From: Octopus sinensis
Lineage: Eukaryota
Assembly: GCF_006345805.1 (NCBI RefSeq)
Contig: NC_043018.1
Coordinates: 17,050,001 to 17,114,000 of the forward strand
Length of the DNA: 64,000 nt
Reading direction: 5' to 3'
A program made the position numbers and the translations under genes. Positions 1-13,869 of the stretch are shown in pieces; the first letter of the stretch is position 1; each line of letters opens with the position of its first letter. The notes beneath the pieces were generated by a model that made no database searches, had not been told where the DNA came from, and was given only the letters and a program-made list of their open reading frames with translations.

Positions 1-121
1 TGCATTCTTAACACTCATCGTTCTTTCCTTTTTTCTTTCCGTCCTTCTTTCTTTCTTTCGATATTTCATGCATATTTCCTTTCCTTTAAAATTCAATCTC
101 CATATATACATCATTCCTTCT

Positions 122-526
122 AAGGCGACGAGCTGACAGAGTCGTTAGCACGCCGGGCGAAGTGCTTAGCGGTATTTCGTCTGCCATTAAGTTCTGAGTT
201 CAAATTCCGCCGAGGTCGACTTTGCCTTTCATCCTTTCGGGGTTGATAAATTAAGTACCAGTTACGCATTGGGGTCGATGTAATCGACTTAATACCTATG
301 TCTGTCTTTGTTTGTCCCCTCTATGTTTAGCCCATTGTGCGCAATAAAGAAATAGGTATTTCGTCTGTCGTTACGTTCTGAGTTCAAATTCCGCCGAGGT
401 CGACTTTGCCTTTCATCCTTTCGGGGTCGATAAATAAAGTACCAGTTTCGCACTGGGGTCGATGTAATCGACTTAATCCCTTGTTTGTCCCCTCTATATA
501 TAGCCCCTTGTGGGCAATAAAGAAAT
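122..526 (+). mobile_element. tRNA-derived SINE, family A: one copy (122-357) plus a head-to-tail partial duplicate (355-526)
   Basis: Head AAGGCG..GAGCTG.CAGA, B-box-like GAGTTCAAATTCC, body GGTCGACTTTGCCTTTCATCCTTTCGGGG..GATAAAT.AAGTACCAG. The same sequence recurs at 11464, 54771 and as decayed copies. Confidence 0.85.
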
Positions 527-1092
527 ATATGCATCATTCCTTCTCCATCTTCTCTTTATGCCTCCCATCCAACTCTTCATTCTCTTACAGTTCGTTGTGA
601 ACACCACCACCTCCGCCTCAGCGCAGTCATACTCATCACCATTTCTGTAGAGATGCAACTTACACATATTAATAATAAAAGTTAGACACGACAAACGTAT
701 TTAACATCACTACCGACTGACCACGTATACCCAACCTGTTCCTACATAACGATTGACCAATCTCCAACGAATAGTTTGTTTCTTTTTTCAATTACTCTGA
801 GAAATAAAATCCTAGTTTTATTGTTTCCTCCACCTTCACCCCAAAATTCGGCTAAGTCTTTACCTACAACGGATGTCTGTAGCATGAAACACGCGTCTGC
901 ATGTCTAGGAAACTCTGAACGTGAGAGATCTTATCTCTTACACAGCAATTGTTTACTCGAAACAATATAGTGTTTTTTTCTCTGTACTTTTGTATGTGCG
1001 TATGAATGCATACAAGCACACACGCGTACACACACACTCACACACAAACATAGACGTGCGCACACTTACACACACTCGTACATTTAGATACA

Positions 1093-1300
1093 ATAATCCC
1101 TCGTCGTATCGCGGTTGACCTATCGCGCACTCAGTACATCACGGATTTTTCCGGCTAATATATATAAATTTATATCGTAGACTTCTCAGAATACTGCGGG
1201 TTTCTGCGGTCGATAGGTATTTATACTTTTTAAGATTCTAATAATTTCTGTGAGAGGTTTTGGGACGCAAAGCCTGTGATAGTCATGGGATTACAGATTC
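1093..1300 (+). mobile_element. possible Tigger/pogo-like DNA transposon end (degenerate)
   Basis: CAATAATCCCTCGTCGTATCGCGGTT..CTATCGCG resembles pogo/Tigger terminal motifs. No matching right TIR was found. Confidence 0.3.
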
Positions 1301-3804
1301 TAATTTTCACACACACTGTCAAAGTTCGTCGCCAATTTTCCCTTATAATTCTTGATACTAAATAGTTGTGAGATAAATCTTAAAGATATTATGCAGCTTT
1401 TACACGTCACAAATCTATTTGTTCGGTGATTTGTGAAATGTTCACGTCTGAAGATACACGAATATGCCAACAATGTATTTGATCTTAGGATCTGTGAGCT
1501 TTTAATACCACAGCTGAGCCAATGTGGCATTTTGACTTTAATTAAATGGAAAATATGCAAAATAAAATATAAAACGAAAACACCGAAAGTGACGTCTTGT
1601 AAAAAGCAAAGGAAATTTGACTTTTGATGTTTGGCGTTATTTTCCTTGAGTCTGATTTTAATAGGCATTCAAAAAGAAAAAGAAAACAGAACAATTAAAT
1701 TAGCGAGACAAAAACATTAACAAATAAGAGAAAAGAAGATTAAAAGACAGAAAAAATAACTTGTTTTCTTAGTGTGGAAAGTTGATGAAATAAAATGTCG
1801 CATTTAGTTGACATTTTGACTTGTAAATCTCTCGCTAACGACATCAGTGACATTATTTGCGATGAGGATAACATCAATCCAACGTTACCTTCCCCACAGA
1901 GAAATACTTTTCTTTTTGCCTGATTGCCAAGGGATAAATTTGAACTTGTTTTACTAATTACTCAAACTTCTATGAAGATTGTCAAAGTGATTGTCATTTA
2001 ACACTGCCATAGATTTCTTAGTGTCGAATAAAGATTTAACCCTTACGTTTCCTTTCCTCCTTTGTTTCTCCAAACCTGCGGAAAGATTTTGTTTTTTTTT
2101 CACTGTGAACAGAATTCGATTAGAAACATTCAAAATAAATTCAGAAGTCTAGTGGAACCTACATTGTCAGGAATAAATTCAATCAAAAGGTAAACTGAAA
2201 GGTGAGTGCACCGGGAGAAGAAATAGTCGACATGAATGGTTGATTAGCTCTATTCACTTCCGTAGAAAGTCTCCTTTAGCGGTGTGTAGTGTAGCATTTG
2301 AGAGTGAATCCACGAAAATAGAAATGAAAAATTTGTTAAATATACATTATTTTGGTTCATTACACTAGGTTTACTGCAAAACTTTAGCCAGAAATATTTC
2401 TTTTCTCTATTTGAAAAAATAATAAAAAAAATTTTAATTTCACAATTAAGGTTAATTAAACCAACAATATTGATTAAATTTCTTCTTTTAGCATTTGGTT
2501 GTCGCTCATTTGTTGTCACTTTATTCATTTACCTGTCTTGTTGATATTTTCGCGAAAAAAAACTGCACATTATTCGTTCACACAATACGCTAATAATATA
2601 TTGTTGTCAAGCTGGTGGATGTGCTAGAGACGGTCACATCGTCTGCTAGAAATAGCAATCAATATGCTACCAAATTACATAAAACTGTTCTAAACAGACA
2701 AGACAATCAGCAAATATTGCTAGATCTCACAAACACACACATATATGTATGCATATATGTATGTGAGAATGTACATGTACCCATATATGTGTGTGTAGGT
2801 GTCCACGCGCGCGTGTCTGTGAGTGCGTGTGCGTTTATGTGTGTGCGCGTGTTGTTGTGTATGTGTGTGTGTGTTTGCTCAGAGCTGCAATTTAAATTGT
2901 GTTCCTGTTTTTAAAATCTCTTTTTCTTGTCTTCAGAATCTAAACCTACGAATCATGTTTTCTTCTTTTCGCTTCACTCTTTGTGATTTTCTATATATGG
3001 AACAGGATTTTAGATTCGTGTTTTTGCACATATCAATTTGTAAATTTTTTTCAATTTCTTTCTCTGTTACTGCTTTCGTGGCTTTTATCCTGTTTTGATT
3101 TTTATTGAGCTTTCCCAAGTCAATTCCGAACGACCAAACCTATTGTCAAAAAACCTGCCAGTCTTGGCAAACTAATTTTCGTATCAGAGTTTATGGTGCA
3201 ATAAGAGCTTATGATGCCATTGTCTGATTTCTCTGTCATTGCTCAAAACAGCAGAGTTGGGTTCTAGAGAAAAATATAGCTGCTACTTCCTGTTGGCAAA
3301 CCACACACACACACACACACACATCACCCTGGAATAAATGTAGTTCTGTAACAGGTAACTTTTCCAATCAATGGAATCGAACCCATACCTACAATCCATT
3401 CACTTGATGAATTACTTAGAGTGCGTGAAGTGTCCTGCCTGCAGAACGGGAGGCAGCAAAGCTTCACAAATGACAACCCCGTCTTTTCATCGATTAGCCG
3501 TTTTCCTATCATCTTAACGATTAGTTTCTTATACGATTGCTCAGAGAAATTAAATAATATTTTTATTGTTTCCTACCGCCGCCACCTTCGCAAATAAATA
3601 AATTAATTACCTAAAATTATCAAAATTTGGAGAAAAGAAACGAAGACAGATTTAACAGACAATGTAGTAAAACATTATAATTTAATAGGAAAATGGAAAA
3701 CTTTTTTTTTATATTACAATTTTTATAAAAGAAAACAAGTGAAGCAGTGTTACTTGTCTTCACGAGCAGAGAGAAATAATAGAAAAACCAAATTACATAT
3801 AACT

Positions 3805-3836
3805 ATATTATATATTAATATATATACAATATACAG

Positions 3837-3867
<31 letters not shown>

Positions 3868-3914
3868 ATATTATTATATATATATATATATATTATATAT
3901 ATACATATATACAG

Positions 3915-3952
<38 letters not shown>

Positions 3953-3977
3953 CATATATACATATATAATATGTATA

Positions 3978-4008
<31 letters not shown>

Positions 4009-4036
4009 ATATTATATATATACATATTAAGATATA

Positions 4037-4091
<55 letters not shown>

Positions 4092-4190
4092 CATATATAC
4101 AGATATATATATATGTATAATATTATATATATTATATATATTATATATATAATATATACAGATATATATATATATATATGTATTCAGCTG
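3805..4190. repeat. (TA)n-rich microsatellite
   Basis: Direct reading; a further (TA)n block lies at 4460-4645. Confidence 0.95.
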
Positions 4191-4465
4191 TTCTTGTAAA
4201 ATTACTATCATCATCTTGTAGCAAATTATAATGGCATTTTTATGTCCTATGTATCTCTTTCCTCTTTTCTGTCTCTACTTCCCACTTCTCTATCATATAT
4301 ATATATGTGTATGTGTGTGTGAGTGTGTGTGTGTCTGTGTGTGTCTCTGTGTGTGGGGTGTTATATTTTAATCTTACTTGTCGCACTCGCGATTATATAT
4401 TTAAAAATGTATTCGAACAAATATAAAAACTCAGGCTGCACGTAGATGCACTGACGTATATGAAC

Positions 4466-4501
<36 letters not shown>

Positions 4502-4648
4502 ATATTATATATATATATAATATATAATATATAATATAAATATATATATTATATATAATATATATATATAATACATACATATATATATTATATATATATG
4601 TATTATATATATTATTATATATATATATATATATATATACATATATTT

Positions 4649-5027
4649 GTGGAGGCGCAATGGCCCAGTGGTTAGGGTAGCGGACTCGCGGTCGGAGGAT
4701 CGCGTGTTTCGATTCCCAGACCGGGCATTGTGAGTGTTATTGAGCGAAAACACCTAAAGCTCCACGAGGCTCCGGCAGGGGATGGTGGTGAACCCTGCTG
4801 TACTCTTTCACCACAACTTTCTCTCGCCTTTCTTCCTGTTTCTCTTGTACCTGTATTTCAAAGGGCCAGCCTGTCACAATCTGTGTCACGCTGAATCTCC
4901 TCGAGAACTACGTAAGGGTACACGTGTCTGTGGAGTGCTCAGCCACTTGCACGTTAATATCACGAGCAAGCTTTTCCGTTGATCGTATCAGCTGGGACCC
5001 TCATCGTCGCAACCGACGGAGTGCTCC
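4649..5027 (+). mobile_element. tRNA-derived SINE, family C
   Basis: Pol III A box TGGCCCAGTGG and B box GTTTCGATTCC in a tRNA-like head. Near-identical copies at 14395, 39114 and 51363. Confidence 0.9.
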
Positions 5028-5030
5028 TAT

Positions 5031-5062
<32 letters not shown>

Positions 5063-5719
5063 GTTCATATGTATGCAATGCCCGCAGATGTATTTATGAA
5101 TACATACAGAGCCACTAGTTTATACAGAGTTTGTCTGATAGAAGGACTGATGTTTCGAACCTAAAACATTCTCACCAGATATACCGATGCGAAAGAGCTT
5201 ATATCCAGAGTACGCCAGGTATATGTACGCCAGCATATGTATATTTATAGCGGAAACCGGTCGCCCTAGCTGCTGCAAAAGTATTACAGAATAGTGACCA
5301 ACACTGCCGTGAAGTATATCAGATAAAATACTCGAGGTTTAGTATTTAATCTCGGGCTGGAAGATAGGACAGGAACTTTCGATCCCAGACCACTTCATGT
5401 GATAGTAAAAAAAACTACGAAGAAAATTTTGTTCAGAATCGATCTGATCACTTCATGTGACCCTCCAACTCTGACGCATGTAGAATTAGCAAGGTCATTT
5501 TAGATAATGTTTTACCTCACCTTCATTTTGAGATCGTATCAAGCCTCTGGTGTAATGCCACCGAGTTCATTGGTTGGTTTAGGTATTTAATCTCTAGAAG
5601 TCGATATCAATTCATCCAGGTCAATATAGATCAATACTGTTCTAGTGTATCTCCTAACCCACTGAATTAGGACCACATCTTCCCAGTTGTACAATAATTT
5701 ATCTTATTATTTCTCGGTG

Positions 5720-5935
5720 ACGGACTGGAGGATTACTTGGCACTCCGGGGGAGATGCTTAAGGATATTTTGTCCGCCTTTGATTCAAATTCCGCAGGGGT
5801 TGACTTTACATTTCATCCCTTCCGGGCTAATAAAATATATACCAGCTGAAATTAGGGTCGATATATTGGACTTATTGTAGAGTAGGTCCATTATATCGAC
5901 ACAGATCGAATTACTAGATCTGTGCTAAAGTATTG
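5720..5935 (+). mobile_element. decayed SINE family A copy
   Basis: TTCAAATTCCGCAGGGGTTGACTTTACATTTCATCCCTTCCGGG...AAATATACCAG matches the family A body with many substitutions. Confidence 0.55.
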
Positions 5936-6070
5936 AAATTAATATTACTTCACTATTTATCATATCTGATTTTTTAAAATATATTCAAACTTTGTATCTT
6001 CTCTAATATATGTATTAGATTTTACCGACAAGAAAATGTCTACAAAATCCAGGCCCGTATAGTGCACACA

Positions 6071-6108
<38 letters not shown>

Positions 6109-6674
6109 ACACACACCACACACCTCTCTTCAAACCATCTTTGACACACAGTAAACCAGATTGACAATTCATACTGCATACCTACGAAGTGATTTCAATT
6201 GACAAAAACTCCTTATATTATATACATTCAGAAGGCCCTCTCGCCAATCTTAACACAAACTTATCTGGGCCCAATCCTCTTTGGCAATTATGCTCCTTTC
6301 ACCCTTATTCTTTTTCCCTTTTCCTACTCTCTCTCTTTTGCTACTCTTTCTTCATCTCATCTATTTTTGCCTTGTCCTACGCACATCTATTTATCTCCAT
6401 CTATCTTCGCCTGTCTCATTCGAAGACATAAATCAATTTTGATCGAATTGTATGGAGACTTTATTTCCCACTGACGAAAGTCTTCCCATCGCAGCCAGTT
6501 AAATTTCAAAAGTTTTCAATATGTTTCCACTCTTTTTTGAAGATATCTATCAGAGAGCATCGGTCAGGTTCTCGTAATCATTTCTCCGAACTAAATTTTC
6601 GTCCTCCGAGGAAAACTTCTCTTTCGTGTTGTAATCATTGTAATCGAACTATTCCTCAGTAAAGAATGCGTTTT

Positions 6675-6676
6675 AA

Positions 6677-6716
<40 letters not shown>

Positions 6717-7067
6717 ATACTACTATTATTATTACTACTACTACAATTACTGCTGTTGCTGCTACTACTACTACTATTACTACTACTACTACTACTACTA
6801 ACTACTACTACTACTACTACTACTGCTACTACTACTAATACTATTACTACCACTACTACTACTACTACTATTACTACTACTACTACTACTATTGCTGCTG
6901 CTGCTACTACTACCACTGCTACTACTACTATCACTACTACTACTACTACTACTACTGCTGCTGCTGTTACTACTACTGCTATTACTACTACTACTACTAC
7001 TACTACTACTACCACTACTACCACTACTACCACCAGCACTACTACTACTACTACTACAACTACTACA

Positions 7068-7104
<37 letters not shown>

Positions 7105-7137
7105 ACTACTACTACTACTACTACTACTACTATTATT
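6675..7137. repeat. (CTA/ACT)n trinucleotide microsatellite
   Basis: Direct reading; explains the poly-L/T/V ORFs. Confidence 0.97.
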
Positions 7138-7539
7138 TACATGGCTTCCAATCCTACATGTCAGGCAACGTTTCCTCAACCCAAAACGTAATCACCATCC
7201 TCTCCAGCGACCTTCACTCTTTACCAAGAGAGCTAGCTTTTCCTGAAAGAGAAACATAACAGATCGTTAAAATTTAGCCCCGAGTACCCAGTGGGCACGA
7301 TCAAAAAATGCAAATTGATAGACGTCATCGTCGCAACGACGGAGGATCTGGTTAATATTTTTGTATATCACTCTTGTGCTAATAAATAAATGTGTGTGTG
7401 CGTGTGTGTGTGTGTGCCTGTGTGTGTGCGTATATGTTGACGTGTGTGTATAACCTCTTGTGTTGTATCTATGTTTGTCTTTGAACGGAACGGCACTAAT
7501 GAGTCAATATATACGCTCTCGTATTCTCTCTTCCAGTTT

Positions 7540-7618
7540 ATTCATCATCATAATCATCGTCATCGTTGTCGGCATCATCATCATCATCACCATCATCATT
7601 ATCATCATCATCATCACG

Positions 7619-7661
<43 letters not shown>

Positions 7662-7978
7662 AATTATCACCATTACCGTCATCATCGTCGTCGTCAATCA
7701 TCATCACCACCCACCACCATCATCATCATCATCATCATCATCATCACCATTATCCTCACCATCACCGACATCATCGTCGTCGTCGTAGTCATCATCATCA
7801 TCATTATTATCATCATCATCATCATTATCATCATCATCATCATCACCATCACCACCATCATCATCATCATCATCACCATCACCGTCATCACCGTCGTCGT
7901 CGTCATCATCATCATCATCATCATCATCACAATTATCACCATTACCGTCATCATCGTCGTCGTCATCATCATCATCAG

Positions 7979-8009
<31 letters not shown>

Positions 8010-8060
8010 TCACATTATCGTCAACATCATCATCACCGTTATCATCGTCGTCGTCGGCAT
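7540..8060. repeat. (CAT/CAC/CGT)n microsatellite
   Basis: Direct reading; explains the poly-H/I/S/M/D ORFs. Confidence 0.97.
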
Positions 8061-8159
8061 TACCATTTCCAATGTCGCCATAATTTCTCGGGGCTAACAG
8101 ACTTCAAATATGTCATATTTGGAGACGTTTTCTTTCTTCTTTCTATTGTCTTTGGCTTC

Positions 8160-8990
8160 CATGTGCATGTATGTATGTATGTATGTATGCATGTATGTAT
8201 GTATGTATGTATGTATATATGTATGTATGTATGTATGCATGTATGTATGTATGTATGTATGTATGTGTGTGTGTATGTATGTATATATGTATGTATGTAT
8301 GTATTTATGTATGTATGTATGTACGTATGTATGTATGTATGCATGTATGTAGTATGTATGTACGTATTTATGTATGTGTGTGTGTATGTATTTATATATG
8401 TTGTATCCATGTATTTATTTATGTATGTATGTATGTATGTAGTATGTATGTGATGATGTATGTATGTATGTATGTACGTATTTTATTATGTGTGTGTGTA
8501 TGTATGTATATATGTATGTATGCATGTATATATGCATGTATGCATTATGTATGTATGTATGTATGTGTGCATGTATGTATGTATGTGTGTATGTGTGTAT
8601 GTAGTGTATTATGTATGTATGTATGTGTGTGTATGTATGTATATATGTATGTATGTATGTATGTATTATGTATGATGTTATGTATGTATGTAGTGTATGT
8701 TCGTATGTATGTATGTATGGTTTAATGTATGTATGTATGTTAATGTATGTATGCTATGTAGGTATGTATGTTGTATGTATGTATGTTGTATGTATGTATG
8801 TATGTATGCATGATTGTTGCATGTATGTATGTATGTGTGTATGTGTGTATATTTACGTATGTATTAATGTATGTATGTGTTGTGTATGTATTTGTGTGTA
8901 TGTATGTATTGTGTGTGTGTATGTTGTGTGTGTGTATGTATGTGTGTGTGTGTGCAGTATGTATGTGTGCATGTGTGTATGTGTGTTTGA
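8160..8990. repeat. (GTAT)n/(GT)n microsatellite
   Basis: Direct reading; explains the MYVC-repeat ORFs. Confidence 0.97.
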
Positions 8991-9244
8991 TTTCCATCTT
9001 TTCTTTCTTCCGCTCATTAAAACTAAATCCAAGATAGTTTTAGGAAATTTAATGAAGCAGATAATAAATCTGTTTGCGATGTCCCCCCCCCACACACACA
9101 CCACCACACCTTAATTACGCGCCATTGCACCTTTACAAACTGCTTTTCGCTTCTGCTTTTTTTCTTCCTCTTCCGCATCAGTTTTGTTTTCTTTCGCATC
9201 TTATTTTATTCCCGTTTGATTTTCAACATTTATACTTCAACCTC

Positions 9245-9727
9245 GACGACGATAATGATGATTATCTTATCACCACCACCACCACCACCACTACCACCAC
9301 CATCCTCTTCATCCTCATCCTCATCATCATTATCACCAATACCATCTCCAACAAGAATAGTATGATGATGGTGATGGTCATGATAATCATCGTCATCATT
9401 ATCATCATCGTCGTCATCATCATCATCATCATCATCATTATCGTCGTCGTCTTCGCCATCATCATCATCGTCATCGTCATCATCATCATCATCATCTTCA
9501 TCATCATCATCATCATCATCATGCCCACCACCTGCGCCACTTCTCTCCATAACCTTTTCATTTTTAGTTTTTTTAATTTTCTTGTCCTTCATTTTTTCAG
9601 CGTCGTCGTCGTCTTCTTCTTTTTCTCCTTCTTCTTCTTCTTCTTTTTCTTCTTCTTCTTCTTCCCCTTCTTTTTCTTCGTCCTCTTCTTCTTCTTCTTC
9701 TTCTTCTTCTTCTTCTTCTTCTTCTAC
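9245..9727. repeat. (CAC)n/(CAT)n then (CTT)n microsatellites
   Basis: Direct reading. Confidence 0.95.
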
Positions 9728-10064
9728 GACTGCTATCTTTTCTTAACTTTATCGTTCACGATTTAAGAATTGATATGATTTGTCCCTTTCTTAAAATAAG
9801 ATTTTGGGCCCTTCTTGGAGAAAGTAGACAAATCATCTTAAGCTCAACTAATAGATTATTACTTCAACGAAAATATTCTTTTGAACGAAAACATTCAACA
9901 GACAAGGAAGCCAAAGATTTCTGAAAAGATCTGAAAACAATATTTACATAAATTTGTACAACAATTTTCTGGATTCTTTCGAGGAATCTCCGTATTGGTA
10001 ATTCACTAATTTACTAGAGTACTAATAGCTATACAATATACTTCTCTATTGTAGGTTATGAAGT

Positions 10065-10472
10065 AAGAAGTTAGAATTTTCAGCCACATGATTTCCGCTT
10101 CAGTCCCCTTGTGTGGACATCTGGAGCAGGTGTTTCTACTATAACGTTGGACCAGCCAAACCATTGTAAATGGATTTGGTCGGCAAAAAGCTAAAAGACT
10201 CCCATCGTGTGTGTGTTTGTATTTATATACGTATGTATGTATGTATGTTTGTGTGTGTGTGTGTGTGTTTTGTGTGAACCTTCGTGTCTATGTTTGTTGA
10301 CCTCCACTGCTTAGTGTATTTACGTTCCCGTAACTTAGCAGTTCGGCAAATGTGTCTCCTTGATTAAGGTACCAGGCATTCAAAACGATTAAATATATGA
10401 CTGATTCATTCGACGAAATTTCTTTAAGGCCTTGGCCCTGCATGGCCGTAGGCTAATGACTAAAACAAATAA
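10065..10472 (+). mobile_element. old, diverged SINE family B copy
   Basis: CCACATGATTTCCGCTTCAGTCCC, GGATTTGGT, internal (GT)n, GCAGTTCGGCAAA and tail CATGGCCGTAGGCTAATGACTAAAACAAATAA align by eye to 46855-47261. Confidence 0.65.
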
Positions 10473-11187
10473 TTACTAACAGATAGAGCGACAAATTCCT
10501 TAATTCCATTATGTTTTAATTCAAAAGCTGAATAGAATATCTTAGCCTTACGTTCGGTTCTACACAATAATATAGTCATTTCGTTTTGCTAGAGCAATAA
10601 TTAACGCAATGTTCTTATTTTTATCATATAGAATTACGTCAATGAATTTAGTTTTAAATGGAGATCAGTTTGATAAAAAACAAATATAAAAAAACGCTAT
10701 TCTCTTGATTTTTCCCTGTCAATTTCGAAGTGAGTTGGGGGTTTATATCAAGAGCAGAGATTATCTTTATCGAATCATTTCAAAATTAATGACTATGCTT
10801 TTGCAGCTTTACTCCATTATTTTACGTTCGTGTATATTTTCCCACCGTTTATGAAGGAAATATAGAAATACTCAACTGTATTTTTCCAAAATACACAAAA
10901 TCCATTATATCCTTCTCCCCCTCTTTCTCCAGGTGTGGGAGATATTATATTTAGCAGCTTTGGTAACATTGGCCTCCAAACGTTTTTAAGCGCTTCTGTC
11001 GCATCATTCAGGATTTCCCCCATCTTGGCTACGGATGGAACGGATACAGCTGCATTATTAAATAATTTGCTTAGCTGTCATGGAACAACGCCAGACGCAT
11101 AGACAACTTCTGCCCCACATGTTAAGAACTTTAAATTCGTAGTGACGAAATATTATACGAAGTGTAACATACGCATAAACATACTTA

Positions 11188-11233
11188 CATGTGCATTGGT
11201 ATGTGTGTGTGTGTGTTGTGTGTGTGTGTATTG

Positions 11234-11266
<33 letters not shown>

Positions 11267-11389
11267 TTGGTATGTGTGTGTGTGTGTGTGTGTGTGCATT
11301 GGTATGTGTGTGTGTGTGTGTGCATTGGTATGTGTGTGTGTGTGTGTGTGTGTATTGGTATGTGTGTGTGTGTGTGTGTGTGTGTATTG

Positions 11390-11427
<38 letters not shown>

Positions 11428-11452
11428 ATTGGTATGTGTGTGTACTGGTACG
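11188..11452. repeat. compound minisatellite [CATTGGTAT/TATTGGTAT + (GT)n], about 9 units
   Basis: ATTGGTAT spacer recurs between (GT)n tracts of variable length. Confidence 0.9.
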
Positions 11453-11463
11453 TGTATGTATGT

Positions 11464-11673
11464 TAAGGCTGCGAGCTGGCAGAAACGTTAGCACGCCAGG
11501 CGAAATGCGTAGCCGTATTTCGTCTGCCGTCGACTTTACCTTTCATCCTTTCGGGGTCGATAAATAAAGTACCAGTTACGCACTGGAGTCGATAAAATCG
11601 TCTTAATTCGTTTGTCTGTCCTTGTTTGTCCCCTCTATGTTTAGCCCCTTGTGGGTAGTAAAGAAATAGGTAT
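11464..11673 (+). mobile_element. tRNA-derived SINE, family A (internally deleted)
   Basis: Matches 122-357 but lacks the segment carrying GAGTTCAAATTCC. Confidence 0.85.
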
Positions 11674-12299
11674 GTGTATGTGTGTGTGCGTGAGAGAGAG
11701 GGAGAGACAGAGAGAGAGAGATAGAGAGAGAGCTAAGGTCAGAGAAAGAGGGAGTTTCTAATTAGAAATCCGATGTATATAAAAACTAGAAACATATATA
11801 AGGATTTAACAATTTCAGTTTCTTCTCTAATACTATGGATTAAGAAAATATTAAGAACCTTCCTGCTTATACGAATCCCAATCCTATTCGCAACAACCGG
11901 ACTGGCTACCCTACACCATCGCTAATGTAAAGCTTCCACCCGATTCCTGCGTATCTTTAGCGAAGTCGAGTCTGATATAAAAATTAAGGATAGGTCTTTG
12001 GATTGAGTATAAATTCAGCCACACTATATTGTTGAATCAACAAAATTCTATGAGTATTTCCCTTCCACTACTGAATAAGCTTTTCAAAAATAACCTAAAA
12101 ATAATATCGAAATCCCTCAGCTCATTAATATTTCTATTATTTTTATTCTTTTCCATTCCATTATTAAAGAGTCCGTAACATTTGATTATATCATAAGAGT
12201 GGTGCCAACAGTCTACGAAAACCTCAATGGCGCAATGCACTATCCATTCCAGTATACTTATACAACTCGGGTAAGTTTCTATCTTTCTTTTTTTTTCTG

Positions 12300-12390
12300 G
12301 TACTTGATCTGTCGGTATCATTTGCCGAACCGCTAGATTACAAGGATTTGAAAATACCTGTAACACCAACACCGGTTGTCAAGCAGTGGT
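12300..12390 (-). mobile_element. SINE family B internal fragment
   Basis: TTTGCCGAACCGCTA..AACACCAAC..CGGTTGTCAAGC matches 20950-21005. Confidence 0.6.
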
Positions 12391-13039
12391 CACACACGCA
12401 CACACACACACATACACACACATACACACACACAACACACACACACACACACATACACATATAATTTGGTAACCATAACATCGAACTTTGCAAACCCTCA
12501 GTTTAAATAAAGTATCTTTAGCGAAACATCGTAAATATTGTGAATATAATCCTATCAAATATATTTGATTCTACAAGTATATTAGATACGTTTCTTATTT
12601 AATGTTTGTTTTGTTTTTTATCACACGCACACATACGTATGACCTTGGTTATCTGTCCCCTTTCTAATTGTCAGGAAATTAATTTCATGCAAGGATCTGT
12701 GACTCTTCCTGCTATTTGGTTCCGCTATGATTTAAGCCCCATTACTGTTCGCTATCACGAAAAGAGGAAGCCATTTTACACATTCCTGACCACTGTAAGT
12801 ATTTCTTGTTTGAAACATATTGTCACTTCACTTGGATGTTTTTTGGAATATTATTGCGAAGGCAATATCTACATGGTTGAATGATCTGCAAGCAAGCCTT
12901 TCTTAATCTCACTGAAATCACCTGTTGTTCGATTTAAAATCGTTGCACGGTGTCTGATCATTCTTTGATCGTAAAACTTTTGTCCAGTAGCGATTGCCTG
13001 AAAATTCACACCAACAGGTATATCAAACAGTACCCCGCT

Positions 13040-13161
13040 TCCTTCTCTTTCTTCTTGTTCTTCTTTCTCTTTTTCTTTGCCTTTTTCATCTTCTTCTTCT
13101 TCTTCTCCTCTCCTCCTCTTTCCTCTTTTTATTTTGCTTCTTCTTCTTTGCCTTCTTCTTT

Positions 13162-13195
<34 letters not shown>

Positions 13196-13231
13196 TCTTT
13201 TTCTTTTTCTTCTTTGCCTTCTTCTTCTTTG

Positions 13232-13262
<31 letters not shown>

Positions 13263-13320
13263 CTTCTTCTTCTTCTTTTTCTTCTTCTTCTTCCTCTTCT
13301 TCTTCTTTTTCTCCTCCTAC
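13040..13320. repeat. (CTT)n microsatellite
   Basis: Direct reading. Confidence 0.95.
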
Positions 13321-13869
13321 TACTCTGCGATTTTATTTATTATGCCTTTGCTCTGTGTTTACATTCCAAAGTGCCATAAATATACTATATGTGCGCGTGT
13401 GTGTTTCTACACACACACACGCATTCATACACGAAGTTTTCTGGAAGCCTTTAGAATATTATACCATAGAAAATTCCATCACATATCATTTGTGCTGTAT
13501 TCAAAGACGAACTTTCATTTGTATACAAAAATGTTGCTTCTATAATGTACAAACGCACTCACACACGTACACACCCATATATATATATAGATTTTAAATG
13601 ATGGTGAGAAATTAGACATTAATTTAATTAACATCGATTTCACACCAGTGGTCTAGCATATAAAAAAAACTGAAGGTTCACTAAAATTGTATTATATACA
13701 TATTACAGGGAATCCACTATGTGTACACCCTTATGCTAGAAATAGATCCGCTATGGTCTTACCACTAAGAAATATTCTCAAGAAAATTTTAGCAAAACAA
13801 CGAAAACGTAATCGATTAATGTCCACATAGTGGTTTCCCTCTAATATGTATATATATATATATATATAT

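Noticed and set aside
4649-4725. tRNA genes at the SINE heads (also 14395, 39410, 46855, 51363)
   Set aside because: A and B boxes are present, but each continues into a shared several-hundred-bp SINE body, one copy has a TSD, and no complete cloverleaf is evident.
6656-9766. Long ORFs of 100-295 aa (poly-L/T/I/H/M/D, MYVC repeats)
   Set aside because: They are translations of tri- and tetranucleotide microsatellites that lack stops in several frames; no coding complexity.
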